A stretch of 44,830 bases of DNA from Gammaproteobacteria bacterium (GTDB lineage Bacteria > Pseudomonadota > Gammaproteobacteria > SZUA-21). Below are positions 1-7,051 of the stretch, piece after piece. The first letter of the stretch is position 1; each line of letters opens with the position of its first letter. Both the position numbers and the translations under genes were made by a program. The notes under the pieces were generated by a model, which was not told where the DNA came from, searched no databases, and worked only from the letters and a program-made list of their open reading frames with translations. Where the stretch lies: positions 1-44,830 of the forward strand of contig JALUUZ010000258.1 in NCBI GenBank assembly GCA_027021095.1, in the 5' to 3' direction.

Positions 1-2
1 TC

Positions 3-398
3 AACCGTGCAGCATACGGCACCGGCCTGCCATGGCTTATGCTGCGCCAGGCAAGTACGACGCTGGCACAGCTCGGGCCGTTGTTTTTGCCGCAAAAGAC
101 TGCCTGCCATGCCTGCCTTGCTGCCAGGACCTTCAGTAACCGTGAACACCCGTTAGAGCACCGCCTGTTTCAGCACCAGGCCTCAGGCGCTGCGCGCGGC
201 CTGTGGCTGGACTGGCAGGCCCGGGTCATGGCCGAGATGGCCGCGGACGAGGTCTTACGTTGGTGTCTCGATCGTCACCTGGCGACACTGGCCGGGCAAT
301 CCCGGTTCATCAATCTGCTGGACTGGTCGGTACAGCAGGAAAAAGTGCTGCAGCTGCCCGGCTGTTCCGTTTGTGATCCAGTACTGGCTGCGGAGTAA
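3..398 (+). CDS. ThiF/E1-like partner protein of an azoline-forming YcaO (TOMM C-protein, SagC/TIGR03882-like); 5' end outside window
   Basis: Frame 3 is open from the window edge. The C-terminal part carries two CxxC pairs (TACHAC, GCSVCDP), as in ThiF/MoeB-type folds. The stop at 396-398 lies 3 nt before the ycaO start, so the gene is operonic with YcaO and SagB-type genes. Confidence 0.6.
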   Translation, partial: NRAAYGTGLPWLMLRQASTTLAQLGPLFLPQKTACHACLAARTFSNREHPLEHRLFQHQASGAARGLWLDWQARVMAEMAADEVLRWCLDRHLATLAGQSRFINLLDWSVQQEKVLQLPGCSVCDPVLAAE

Positions 399-401
399 CA
401 C

Positions 402-1742
402 ATGGCAGCGGCACAACCACTATCGCCGGACGAACTGCTTGAGACATTGCGTGGACGCCGTTGCGGGATTATCCAGGATTTCACGCTCCTCAACCCGGCA
501 GCAGGAGGTTGGCCTTGGTACTACGGCAGTGCACGGACCTGTGATGTCGGCCTGTTGGCCGGCGCGCATTCCTGGCACCCGCCTTGCGGGGGAATCGGGC
601 TCAGCCGCGAGCAGACGATGATGAGTGTCCTTGGTGAGACATTGGAACGCTACTGTGCCGCGTTCAGGCCCCGTGCTGGAATACAGCGTGGCAGTGAGAA
701 GCAGCTGCGAAAGCGTTTTGCGCTTTTTTCGCCGGATGAGCTGAGTCGTTTCTCCAGTGCGCAGACACAGCGTAAAGAATTCCACTATATGCGCTACGAC
801 AAAGACGCAGAGCTGGAATGGATTCCGGCCAGGTCGCTGGGGCAGGAGCAGGAACTGCTGGTGCCTGCAGCCTGGACACTGCTTCCCTATACCGGCGATA
901 GTCACTACTATATCGATGCCAACTCGACTGGCTTGGCTTGTGGAAGCGACAACGAATCGGCAATCGAAAATGCCGTTTTCGAGGTGATCGAACGCGACGC
1001 CTACAGCCTGTGCTGGCTCTACCAGGGTGCTCCGCCACGGTTGTCGATACAGCAGGAAGATTGGGCCGTGGCGTGTTTTCCTGTCTTGCAGCACCAGGAC
1101 TGGGAAGTCGATGTCTACGACCTGACGGGGCGCAGTGGGTTTCCAGTCCTGCTGGTAGTGTTGCGTGCGCCGAGGTCTTATGGAGACAGGCATGGTCCAT
1201 GGCTGACGCATGGTGTTGCGTGTCATCTCGATGCACGTCAGGCGTTTGAAAAGGCAAGCAGGGAGGCGATGCTGGCCTATTACTATCTCGAGTCCAAGTG
1301 GCAGCACTTTTTTTCCGAGACATCGATGAAGCAGAAAAAAATTTCCGCGGCACAGCTCCCGGCGGATTTCGATGGCAATGCCGATTTTTACAACCTGTAT
1401 CCCAGTCTGCTCGAGCACACACGGTTTTTGCAGCAGGGTGGGACGTTTCGCTGGGGCGACACGCCAGGCACACGCGAGGCCTGCAGTCATTTTACATCCC
1501 GGGAATTGTACTCGCGTCTTGCGCAGGCGGGACTGGAAGCGGCGTGGGTCGATCTTACCACCCGGGATATCAAGCCGCTTGGGCTGCACGTGGTCCGGGT
1601 ACTGATCAAGGGTTTGAACTGGCTGCATGCGGACACCCGCTGGCCGTACTTGGGAACCGCGCATGCGCAACGGCCACATGAACATTATCATTATATCAGT
1701 GAAGGCGCGGCCCTGAACCAGTGGCCGCATGCGTTGGGCTGA
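402..1742 (+). CDS. YcaO-domain cyclodehydratase (SagD-like, TOMM D-protein)
   Basis: 446 aa. By-eye YcaO hallmarks: SVLGETLERYCAAF, NSTGLACG, AIENAVFEVIERDAY. The C-terminal ...NQWPHALG resembles the Pro-containing tail of azoline-forming YcaOs. Confidence 0.85.
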   Translation: MAAAQPLSPDELLETLRGRRCGIIQDFTLLNPAAGGWPWYYGSARTCDVGLLAGAHSWHPPCGGIGLSREQTMMSVLGETLERYCAAFRPRAGIQRGSEKQLRKRFALFSPDELSRFSSAQTQRKEFHYMRYDKDAELEWIPARSLGQEQELLVPAAWTLLPYTGDSHYYIDANSTGLACGSDNESAIENAVFEVIERDAYSLCWLYQGAPPRLSIQQEDWAVACFPVLQHQDWEVDVYDLTGRSGFPVLLVVLRAPRSYGDRHGPWLTHGVACHLDARQAFEKASREAMLAYYYLESKWQHFFSETSMKQKKISAAQLPADFDGNADFYNLYPSLLEHTRFLQQGGTFRWGDTPGTREACSHFTSRELYSRLAQAGLEAAWVDLTTRDIKPLGLHVVRVLIKGLNWLHADTRWPYLGTAHAQRPHEHYHYISEGAALNQWPHALG

Positions 1743-1753
1743 CAGGAGGTGTG

Positions 1754-2515
1754 ATGGACAGCGGGAATGAGAACGCGAGCCTGAATCTTGCGCAATTCTA
1801 TCACCGTAATACCGAGCTGACCGAGGAGACCTCGTTTCAGTTCCTGCGCCAGATGGTGAGCGAAAACCTGTCTGGAAAGCCGGTGAACTATGCACAGGCT
1901 GAGTCCATTGCACTGGCGCCGTCGCGGCTCGATGCTTCGTTGGCGGACTGCCTGCAGCGCCGTGGTTCCAACAAGCAGTTTGCGCCGTCGCCTGTCAGGT
2001 TCGCTGCCTTGTCGACCCTGTTGACCTGTGCGCTCGCGCCTGGAGAGCTGAAAGAGAACGGACTGCGGCAGCGGCCGTATCCGTCGGCCGGCGGGCTGTA
2101 TCCTGTGTCAGTCTATCTTTTTGCACGCCATGTCGAACAGCTCGATACTGGAATCTATCATGTCAACGCGGGCCGGCAGGTGCTCGAGAAGCTGCATGGC
2201 TATGCCGGACCTGAAGCCTTGGACGCACAACTGGACCCGATGATCATCAGGGAACCCGACGATCCCAAGCCATCGTTCTACCTGTTACTCAGTGGTGACC
2301 TGGCGCTGATCCGGCGCAAGTACGGTGACAGGGGATACCGTTTTATGCTGTTGGAAGCCGGACATATCGCGCAGAATCTCTGCCTGCTGGCGACCGCACT
2401 GGGGTTACTGCATCTGCCGCTGGGCGGCTTTTGTGAACCTGAGCTCGAGCAACTGCTGGGGGTTCGTGAAGTCGGCCTGATGAGCCTTTACCTGCTCGAG
2501 TTCGGTAACCGTTGA
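1754..2515 (+). CDS. SagB-type dehydrogenase (FMN nitroreductase fold, TOMM B-protein)
   Basis: ATG at 1754 is preceded by AGGAGG (1744-1749), just downstream of the ycaO stop. Motifs RPYPSAGGLYPVSVYLF and LLEAGHIAQNLCLLATALGL are typical of the SagB/nitroreductase family. The ORF-track start at 1721 overlaps ycaO and has no RBS. Confidence 0.85.
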   Translation: MDSGNENASLNLAQFYHRNTELTEETSFQFLRQMVSENLSGKPVNYAQAESIALAPSRLDASLADCLQRRGSNKQFAPSPVRFAALSTLLTCALAPGELKENGLRQRPYPSAGGLYPVSVYLFARHVEQLDTGIYHVNAGRQVLEKLHGYAGPEALDAQLDPMIIREPDDPKPSFYLLLSGDLALIRRKYGDRGYRFMLLEAGHIAQNLCLLATALGLLHLPLGGFCEPELEQLLGVREVGLMSLYLLEFGNR

Positions 2516-2521
2516 GCGTGG

Positions 2522-2559
2522 CAAACCAAAGAACCCCTTGTGCAGGGGTTCTGGGTTTG
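2522..2559. terminator. Long hairpin between convergent genes; candidate bidirectional terminator
   Basis: Core stem AGAACCCCT (2530-2538) / AGGGGTTCT (2544-2552) with loop TGTGC, extended by CAAACC/GGGTTTG. Flanked by T/G-rich runs on both strands. Sits between the sagB-like stop (2515) and the minus-strand stop (2607). Confidence 0.45.
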
Positions 2560-2596
2560 GTTGATCTGGGTTTGGTTGATCCGGGTTTGGTTAAGC
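2552..2596. repeat. 15-bp tandem repeat, 3 copies
   Basis: TGGGTTTGGTTGATC (2552-2566), TGGGTTTGGTTGATC (2567-2581), CGGGTTTGGTTAAGC (2582-2596). The first copy overlaps the right arm of the hairpin. Confidence 0.85.
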
Positions 2597-2606
2597 AGGG
2601 ATTTGC

Positions 2607-3152
2607 TTAGAAGTCATCATGATGATCGGCAAAATGATCGAGGTCATAGTCATCATCGAGATAGTCCGGTTCGAGGTGCCCGAGCATCGGGTATACAGAC
2701 GGGCCGTGGTACAGGTACGTGGCTTTGTTGCGCTGCCTTTTGACCACGTGGCGCCGGTGATGGCGGTGAGCGCATTTTCTGGCCGGCCTGACGAGCCTGT
2801 GACGCTTGCGCAGGTGGCGCCTGGTTTTGTGTATTCTTGCAAGACGCCTGTGAGCCGGTTTTGTGCGTGCTGACCGACGTGCCTTTTTCCTGCTCGCCGT
2901 GGTCGGTTTTTTCTTTTTCGGTTTGCTGTGCGTGTGTGCATGGCTGTCGGTATGACGGCCCTTGACAGCTGTTTTAGTCGTTTTCTGTACAGCTTTTTTG
3001 TCAGTCTTCTTCGTTGCTTTCTTTTCCGTGTGTTTGGTGTCGGCGGAATGCGAGTGTGTGCCGTCAGCCGAAGCCGGGCTGGCGAGAAAGCCGGCTGCAC
3101 TGACAAGTAATATACTGGCTGCTGTCGCCAAGCTGTAGTTTATAGTTTTCAT
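2607..3152 (-). CDS. Secreted, extremely basic His/Lys/Arg/Thr-rich protein with acidic C-terminal tail (hypothetical)
   Basis: ATG at 3150-3152 with GGGAG RBS about 5 nt upstream. Sec-type signal peptide MKTINYSLATAASILLVSAAGFLASPASA. The ORF-track start at 3461 runs through a repeat element and is unlikely. Confidence 0.6.
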   Translation of the reverse strand: MKTINYSLATAASILLVSAAGFLASPASADGTHSHSADTKHTEKKATKKTDKKAVQKTTKTAVKGRHTDSHAHTHSKPKKKKPTTASRKKARRSARTKPAHRRLARIHKTRRHLRKRHRLVRPARKCAHRHHRRHVVKRQRNKATYLYHGPSVYPMLGHLEPDYLDDDYDLDHFADHHDDF

Positions 3153-3270
3153 GGTGTACTCCCAAGTCGATTGTCTTGCTGATCCGATATCCGTTTGTCG
3201 TACACCCGCAGAATTACGTTCAATTTGTGGATGTATTTGTAAGATGTTGAATTGGAAGATAATATCAGTA

Positions 3271-3520
3271 TAGCCCGGGCGGTACAAGGGTGTGGCCTGG
3301 GTGGCTTTCGCGACCGAGGAGCGCACCAATGTATGGATCATGACATGGTACGGAAGAATCGTGTGTAAAAGGATCGTCACGCGGCGCAATAGGATTCGTC
3401 GCGGTGTTGGCACATACGAAGTATCTTCGCCCCCATCGTGACGGTGTGTGCAACACACCAAAGGATTTACGGTTAAAAAATGTTATGCCCCAAAGTAGGG
3501 TGCGTTGTACGCACCACCAC
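3271..3520. repeat. Compound REP/MITE-like repeat locus (internally deleted type-1 copy plus a ~125-bp doublet variant)
   Basis: TAGCCCGGGCGG..GGGTGTGGCCTGGGTGGCTTTCGCGACCGAGGAGCGCACC matches the element at 30737-30872. 3394-3520 is colinear with 13443-13558. REP core GTAGGGTGCGTTGTACGCACC at 3495-3515. Confidence 0.75.
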
Positions 3521-3548
3521 TGGTTGTCGCGTGTAAAGAGAGAATCGA

Positions 3549-3839
3549 ATGTATGCTGTCATTTTCAGGGCGAAAGTCGCCGGGATGGATAAAGAATATA
3601 GTCGAACCGCGGAGCGAATGAGGCAGCGTGCTATTGAAAAATATGGCTGTACTGAGTTTGTTTCGGTTTCTGAGGGCGATGAAGAGATTTCAATTTCTTA
3701 TTGGGAAACCCAAGAGCAAATAAATGCGTGGAAAAATGACGTGGGTCATCTCGCTGCGCAGGAGTCGGGTAAATCCAAGTGGTATAGCTGGTACAAGGTC
3801 CAGGTTGTAGAGATTGTGAGGGAATATGAAGGCACCTAG
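3549..3839 (+). CDS. Small ABM (antibiotic-biosynthesis-monooxygenase / Dabb-fold)-like protein
   Basis: 96 aa. The MYAVIFRAKV... start and ...EISISYWETQEQINAWKN pattern are typical of ABM-domain proteins. Assigned by eye only. Confidence 0.6.
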   Translation: MYAVIFRAKVAGMDKEYSRTAERMRQRAIEKYGCTEFVSVSEGDEEISISYWETQEQINAWKNDVGHLAAQESGKSKWYSWYKVQVVEIVREYEGT

Positions 3840-4056
3840 CCCGCATTGCTCACCAGCGTTCGTAGCGACACGGAGCAAGGGTGCGGCATAGGTAGTGACC
3901 GAGGGCGCGCAGGTAAGAGTGCGTTGTACGCACCGCCACCACGACAGCCCGCATCACGCGAAGATGGTTTTACCCACTGGCCCGCCGACCGGATGAAAGC
4001 CAGCCAAGGTATGTTAGTACCATACGTAGCAGGAGGACGGTGAGAAAGGCGTGCTA
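3837..4056. repeat. REP/MITE-like element exactly filling the gap between two convergent genes
   Basis: Left end TAGCCCGCATTGCTCACC..., right end ...GGTGAGAAAGGCGTGCTA. Core at 3913-3934. Both terminal TAG/CTA triplets are the stop codons of the flanking genes. Confidence 0.8.
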
Positions 4057-4671
4057 AAAGCCGGCCGGGCACTGCAGGCGGAGGCGTTGTTTGGTCGCCG
4101 GGTGCTCGAATGCCAAGGACAGTGCATGCAGCATCAGCCGCGAGGCATGGGCATGGTCATTCGCATAGAGCTTGTCACCAACGATCGGGTGGCCGATCGA
4201 TTGTAAATGTACTCTTAACTGATGTGACCGGCCAGTAATCGGCCGCAGCTCCAGCCTGCTGGTATTGTCGTTGCGGTGATACTGCAGCACTTTATAGTGA
4301 GTGATCGAGGGCTTGCCGTGCGTAAAGTCGACTTTCTGCCGGGGCCGGCGGGGCCAGTCAGCCGCCAGCGGCTTATCGATCGTGCCAGAGTACTTCGGCA
4401 GCTTGCCGGTCACCAGCGCGAGATAACGTTTTTCGATTTTTCGCTGTTGAAACAATAGGCTTAGTTCGCGTTGCATTTTCCTGGACCTGGCCAACAGCAG
4501 CACACCGGAAGTCTCCATGTCCAACCGGTGCACGACCAGCGCCTCCGGATACCGCTGCTGCACACGGACCACGACCGAATCCCGTTTATGCTCACCCCGT
4601 CCAGGCACCGACAACAACCCAGACACCTTGTCCACCACCAGCAAAAAATCATCCACATACAGAAAATTCAA
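4054..4671 (-). CDS. rluA: 23S rRNA/tRNA pseudouridine synthase, RluA family
   Basis: 205 aa, near-colinear by eye with E. coli RluA. Catalytic motif HRLDMETSGVLLLARS and ITGRSHQLRVH are present. Only TTG (4669-4671) is available as a start, because an in-frame TGA lies at 4690-4692. Confidence 0.85.
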   Translation of the reverse strand: MNFLYVDDFLLVVDKVSGLLSVPGRGEHKRDSVVVRVQQRYPEALVVHRLDMETSGVLLLARSRKMQRELSLLFQQRKIEKRYLALVTGKLPKYSGTIDKPLAADWPRRPRQKVDFTHGKPSITHYKVLQYHRNDNTSRLELRPITGRSHQLRVHLQSIGHPIVGDKLYANDHAHASRLMLHALSLAFEHPATKQRLRLQCPAGF

Positions 4672-4861
4672 TTCAGGACACCCACCAATTCAATCTAATT
4701 CAGGACACCCACTAATTTTAATTCAACCATCAATCATGGACAGCCACAAACTTATCCTGCGGTAAAGTCTGGGTGTCCAGTAATTTACTCGGTCATTTAT
4801 TTGGTGTCGGGATCGGAACCAGTTTTCGGTTGACTTCACAAATCGAAATAGGTGGGTGTCC
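4670..4861. promoter_or_regulatory. Array of four GGACACCCA(C) motifs in the rluA / zinc-ribbon-gene divergent region (candidate operator sites)
   Basis: AATTCAGGACACCCACCAATT (4670-4690) and AATTCAGGACACCCACTAATT (4697-4717) are direct repeats. Inverted copies TGGGTGTCC occur at 4770-4778 and GGTGGGTGTCC at 4851-4861. Confidence 0.3.
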
Positions 4862-4970
4862 ATAATCGATCTCCATGATCGATCCACGGTCGGTGGCTGC
4901 CAATTCGTGGATGTCCAGGATTGGAAGGGGTACAATCTGGCAAAAGCCTGATTGAATTTGGAGGAGGAGT

Positions 4971-5273
4971 ATGACTATAAAATGCCCATACTGTGCTGAA
5001 GAGGTCAGGGAGGAGGCGCTCAAGTGCCGGTTCTGTGGAGAGGGGCTGCCGCGGAAGAAAGGGTTTTTTGGTTCGGTGGCGAATGGAATCAGTTTTATCC
5101 TGTCGTCGGTCGTCTTGCTGGCATCTGCCGGGTTTGTGGCGGTGACGTTTATCCAGGATCACAAGCAGCACGGTCATTACCTGAACGACCCGGTGCACCT
5201 GGTTGGCTTGGCGGTGATGGTAATCAGTGCGGTGATGGCCTGGCAGTCGATTACCTGGCGGCGGCGTAAATAG
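4971..5273 (+). CDS. Zinc-ribbon domain membrane protein (hypothetical)
   Basis: Strong RBS GAGGAGGAG (4961-4969). N-terminal CPYC..x..CRFC zinc ribbon followed by two hydrophobic helices. Confidence 0.6.
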   Translation: MTIKCPYCAEEVREEALKCRFCGEGLPRKKGFFGSVANGISFILSSVVLLASAGFVAVTFIQDHKQHGHYLNDPVHLVGLAVMVISAVMAWQSITWRRRK

Positions 5274-5347
5274 GCGGGTACCATTGATACACTCATCCTG
5301 GCCGGTTTGTATTGCGCGGTCGATATGAACAGCATCGAGGTCTGTTG

Positions 5348-5938
5348 ATGACGACAAACGATTCCGTTGCCTCGCCGCTGCCGGAGAGTTTTCTGGCAGC
5401 GGTCGAAGCCGAACTCAGGCAGCAGCGGGCGGGAATCTCGGAGTATGATCTGCTTAAACATCTGCAGCGGCAGGGGTTCTTCGTGTTCACCGGCAGCGGC
5501 GCCATGTCGCCCTACGAGATCTTCCAGGCCCATTTCCTGCTCTATCACGCGCTGTACCGGTTACGCGACCGGATGCTCGACACGCAACAGGCCTGGTTGG
5601 AGATCGACGTACTGAAGATTCGCTTGTTGCCTTACCGGCAGGGAAGCGAGGCCATGGTGTCAGCGGACAAACTGCGTGACTATTATCTCGACCTTGGGAA
5701 TATGCGCGACACTTCCGAAGACCAGGTCTATGAACTGCTGGCGTCGTTCTGGAACAGGCTTGGCAGGAATGAAAAGCGTCATGATGCACTGGCGGTTCTC
5801 GGGCTGCAGGATCCCGTCGACGACCAGACGATCAAGCAGACGTACCGCCGCCTGGTGATGCAGCATCATCCGGACCGTGGTGGTGACAAGGTCAGGTTGC
5901 AGGCGATCAATTCCGCGCTTGAAATCCTGCTCGATTGA
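5348..5938 (+). CDS. DnaJ-related protein (N-terminal DNA-J-related region plus C-terminal J domain)
   Basis: C-terminal J domain with HPD motif (YRRLVMQHHPDRGGD). ATG at 5348 is preceded by GAGG (5336-5339). The ORF-track start at 5312 has no RBS. Confidence 0.75.
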   Translation: MTTNDSVASPLPESFLAAVEAELRQQRAGISEYDLLKHLQRQGFFVFTGSGAMSPYEIFQAHFLLYHALYRLRDRMLDTQQAWLEIDVLKIRLLPYRQGSEAMVSADKLRDYYLDLGNMRDTSEDQVYELLASFWNRLGRNEKRHDALAVLGLQDPVDDQTIKQTYRRLVMQHHPDRGGDKVRLQAINSALEILLD

Positions 5939-5953
5939 CTGCTCGGATCCAGA

Positions 5954-6286
5954 GTGGTGCTGCGCAGCTACCAGCGCGCAGGCTATGGCGAATTCGAAGA
6001 AGGCGTCGGCCCGCAGGACCATCTTGGTGTGGAACTTAAATTCATGGCATTCCTGTGCCACGACGAATCCGTCGCCTGTACAAAACAAAACAGTACAAAA
6101 GAAGTCGCCGCACTGCGCGATGCACAACGGCAGTTCTTGCAAGACCACCTGCTGGCCTGGGTACCGGCCTATTGCGAACGCCTGCAGCGGGAAGCACAGG
6201 AAGACTTCTACGCGGCTGCAGCAAGTCTGACCGCGGAACTGTTGGGTGAGGATTATGCGTTGTTGCAGGAAAGTGGCAGCGGATAG
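5954..6286 (+). CDS. TorD/DmsD/NarJ-family chaperone-like protein, C-terminal half only (possible gene remnant)
   Basis: PQDHLGVELKFMAFL matches the conserved DHLxxELxFM region of PF02613-type chaperones. The ORF is only 110 aa, whereas family members are roughly twice as long. GTG start, same reading frame as the upstream J-domain gene. Confidence 0.4.
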   Translation: MVLRSYQRAGYGEFEEGVGPQDHLGVELKFMAFLCHDESVACTKQNSTKEVAALRDAQRQFLQDHLLAWVPAYCERLQREAQEDFYAAAASLTAELLGEDYALLQESGSG

Positions 6287-6301
6287 CCGAAAACAGGCGA
6301 T

Positions 6302-6385
6302 GCCTGCGCGCTTCTCGGTTGCGAAAGCCATCCATGCCGCACCCTTGCACCGTCTCGCGACGAACGGTGGTGAGCAATGCTGGCT
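6302..6385 (-). repeat. Partial REP/MITE-like element (left half, reverse orientation)
   Basis: The reverse complement reads AGCCAGCATTGCTCACCACCGTTCGTCGCGAGACGGTGCAAGGGTGCGGCATGGATGGCTTTCGCAACCGAGAAGCGCGCAGGC, colinear with 30738-30820. Confidence 0.8.
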
Positions 6386-6441
6386 GGAGCCGATCGGTAG
6401 AAATGGATTGGGAGTTTTTAAGAGGTAAGTATATGTTTTGA

Positions 6442-6519
<78 letters not shown>

Positions 6520-6716
6520 ACTGGTGCTGATATTCTAGCTTAACGCGGATATTATTCAAACGATTTTTGCCTGATGCCGGCATGCATGCTCCGGGTTTGT
6601 GACCCGGACACTTGCTTGGTGTTTGTTTTCGGTTACCCTGTACGCTGTTTCGTGAATACTGTATTATCGTGAGGTCAAGCCTTTTTAACAGTCTGTAGCA
6701 TTGCAGGTAGACACCG

Positions 6717-7043
6717 ATGCCCAAAAAGAAGCATGCAGTTTATCTTATACTCGGTTTTGTCGTTACTTCGATTATCGTGCTGTTGAGCCTGAACCTGTTT
6801 TCCGAGTCGCGGCAGTCACGCTGCCAGGAAGTTTTTCAGCGCTGGAGTGCTCAGCCCAAGCCTGCCAGCGACAAGGCAATGAAGTCGGAGCTGCGCGCGA
6901 TCATGGCCGAATGGAAAGGGGAGGAGCGCAAGAAACGTTTTATGCGCTTGTGCCTGAAGATGCCGTTGGCGCAGTTGAAAAAGGAAATCAGGCAGGGCAC
7001 TGAAAAACCCGTCAGCGCCGGGGAGAAAAAACAGCCGGACTGA
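6717..7043 (+). CDS. Hypothetical membrane-anchored protein
   Basis: 108 aa. N-terminal TM helix (AVYLILGFVVTSIIVLLSLNLF) followed by a charged soluble domain. No family recognised. Confidence 0.5.
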   Translation: MPKKKHAVYLILGFVVTSIIVLLSLNLFSESRQSRCQEVFQRWSAQPKPASDKAMKSELRAIMAEWKGEERKKRFMRLCLKMPLAQLKKEIRQGTEKPVSAGEKKQPD

Positions 7044-7051
7044 GGTGACGC

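Noticed and set aside
420-1913. 497-aa minus-strand ORF antisense to ycaO/sagB-like genes
   Set aside because: Arg/Pro/Gly-rich shadow ORF of GC-rich coding DNA. The plus-strand frame carries clear YcaO and SagB motifs.
2552-2596. CRISPR-like array
   Set aside because: The repeats are contiguous 15-mers without spacers. No cas genes are present. No other regularly spaced repeat array was seen in the window.
2607-3152. The basic secreted protein as the TOMM precursor peptide
   Set aside because: It has a Sec signal peptide, only one Cys and no C/S/T-rich core, and it lies on the opposite strand beyond a terminator. It does not look like a RiPP precursor.
3846-4043. Small ORFs giving similar peptides (for example ...HPCSVS(L/R)RT.V.N.G and ...LATN(A/G)GE(K/Q)(S/C)GL...) at 3836-4072, 6246-6428, 8857-9102, 9015-9206 and 15955-16224
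   Set aside because: They lie entirely within copies of the repeat family. Their similarity reflects DNA repetition in both orientations, and they lack RBSs and consistent frames.
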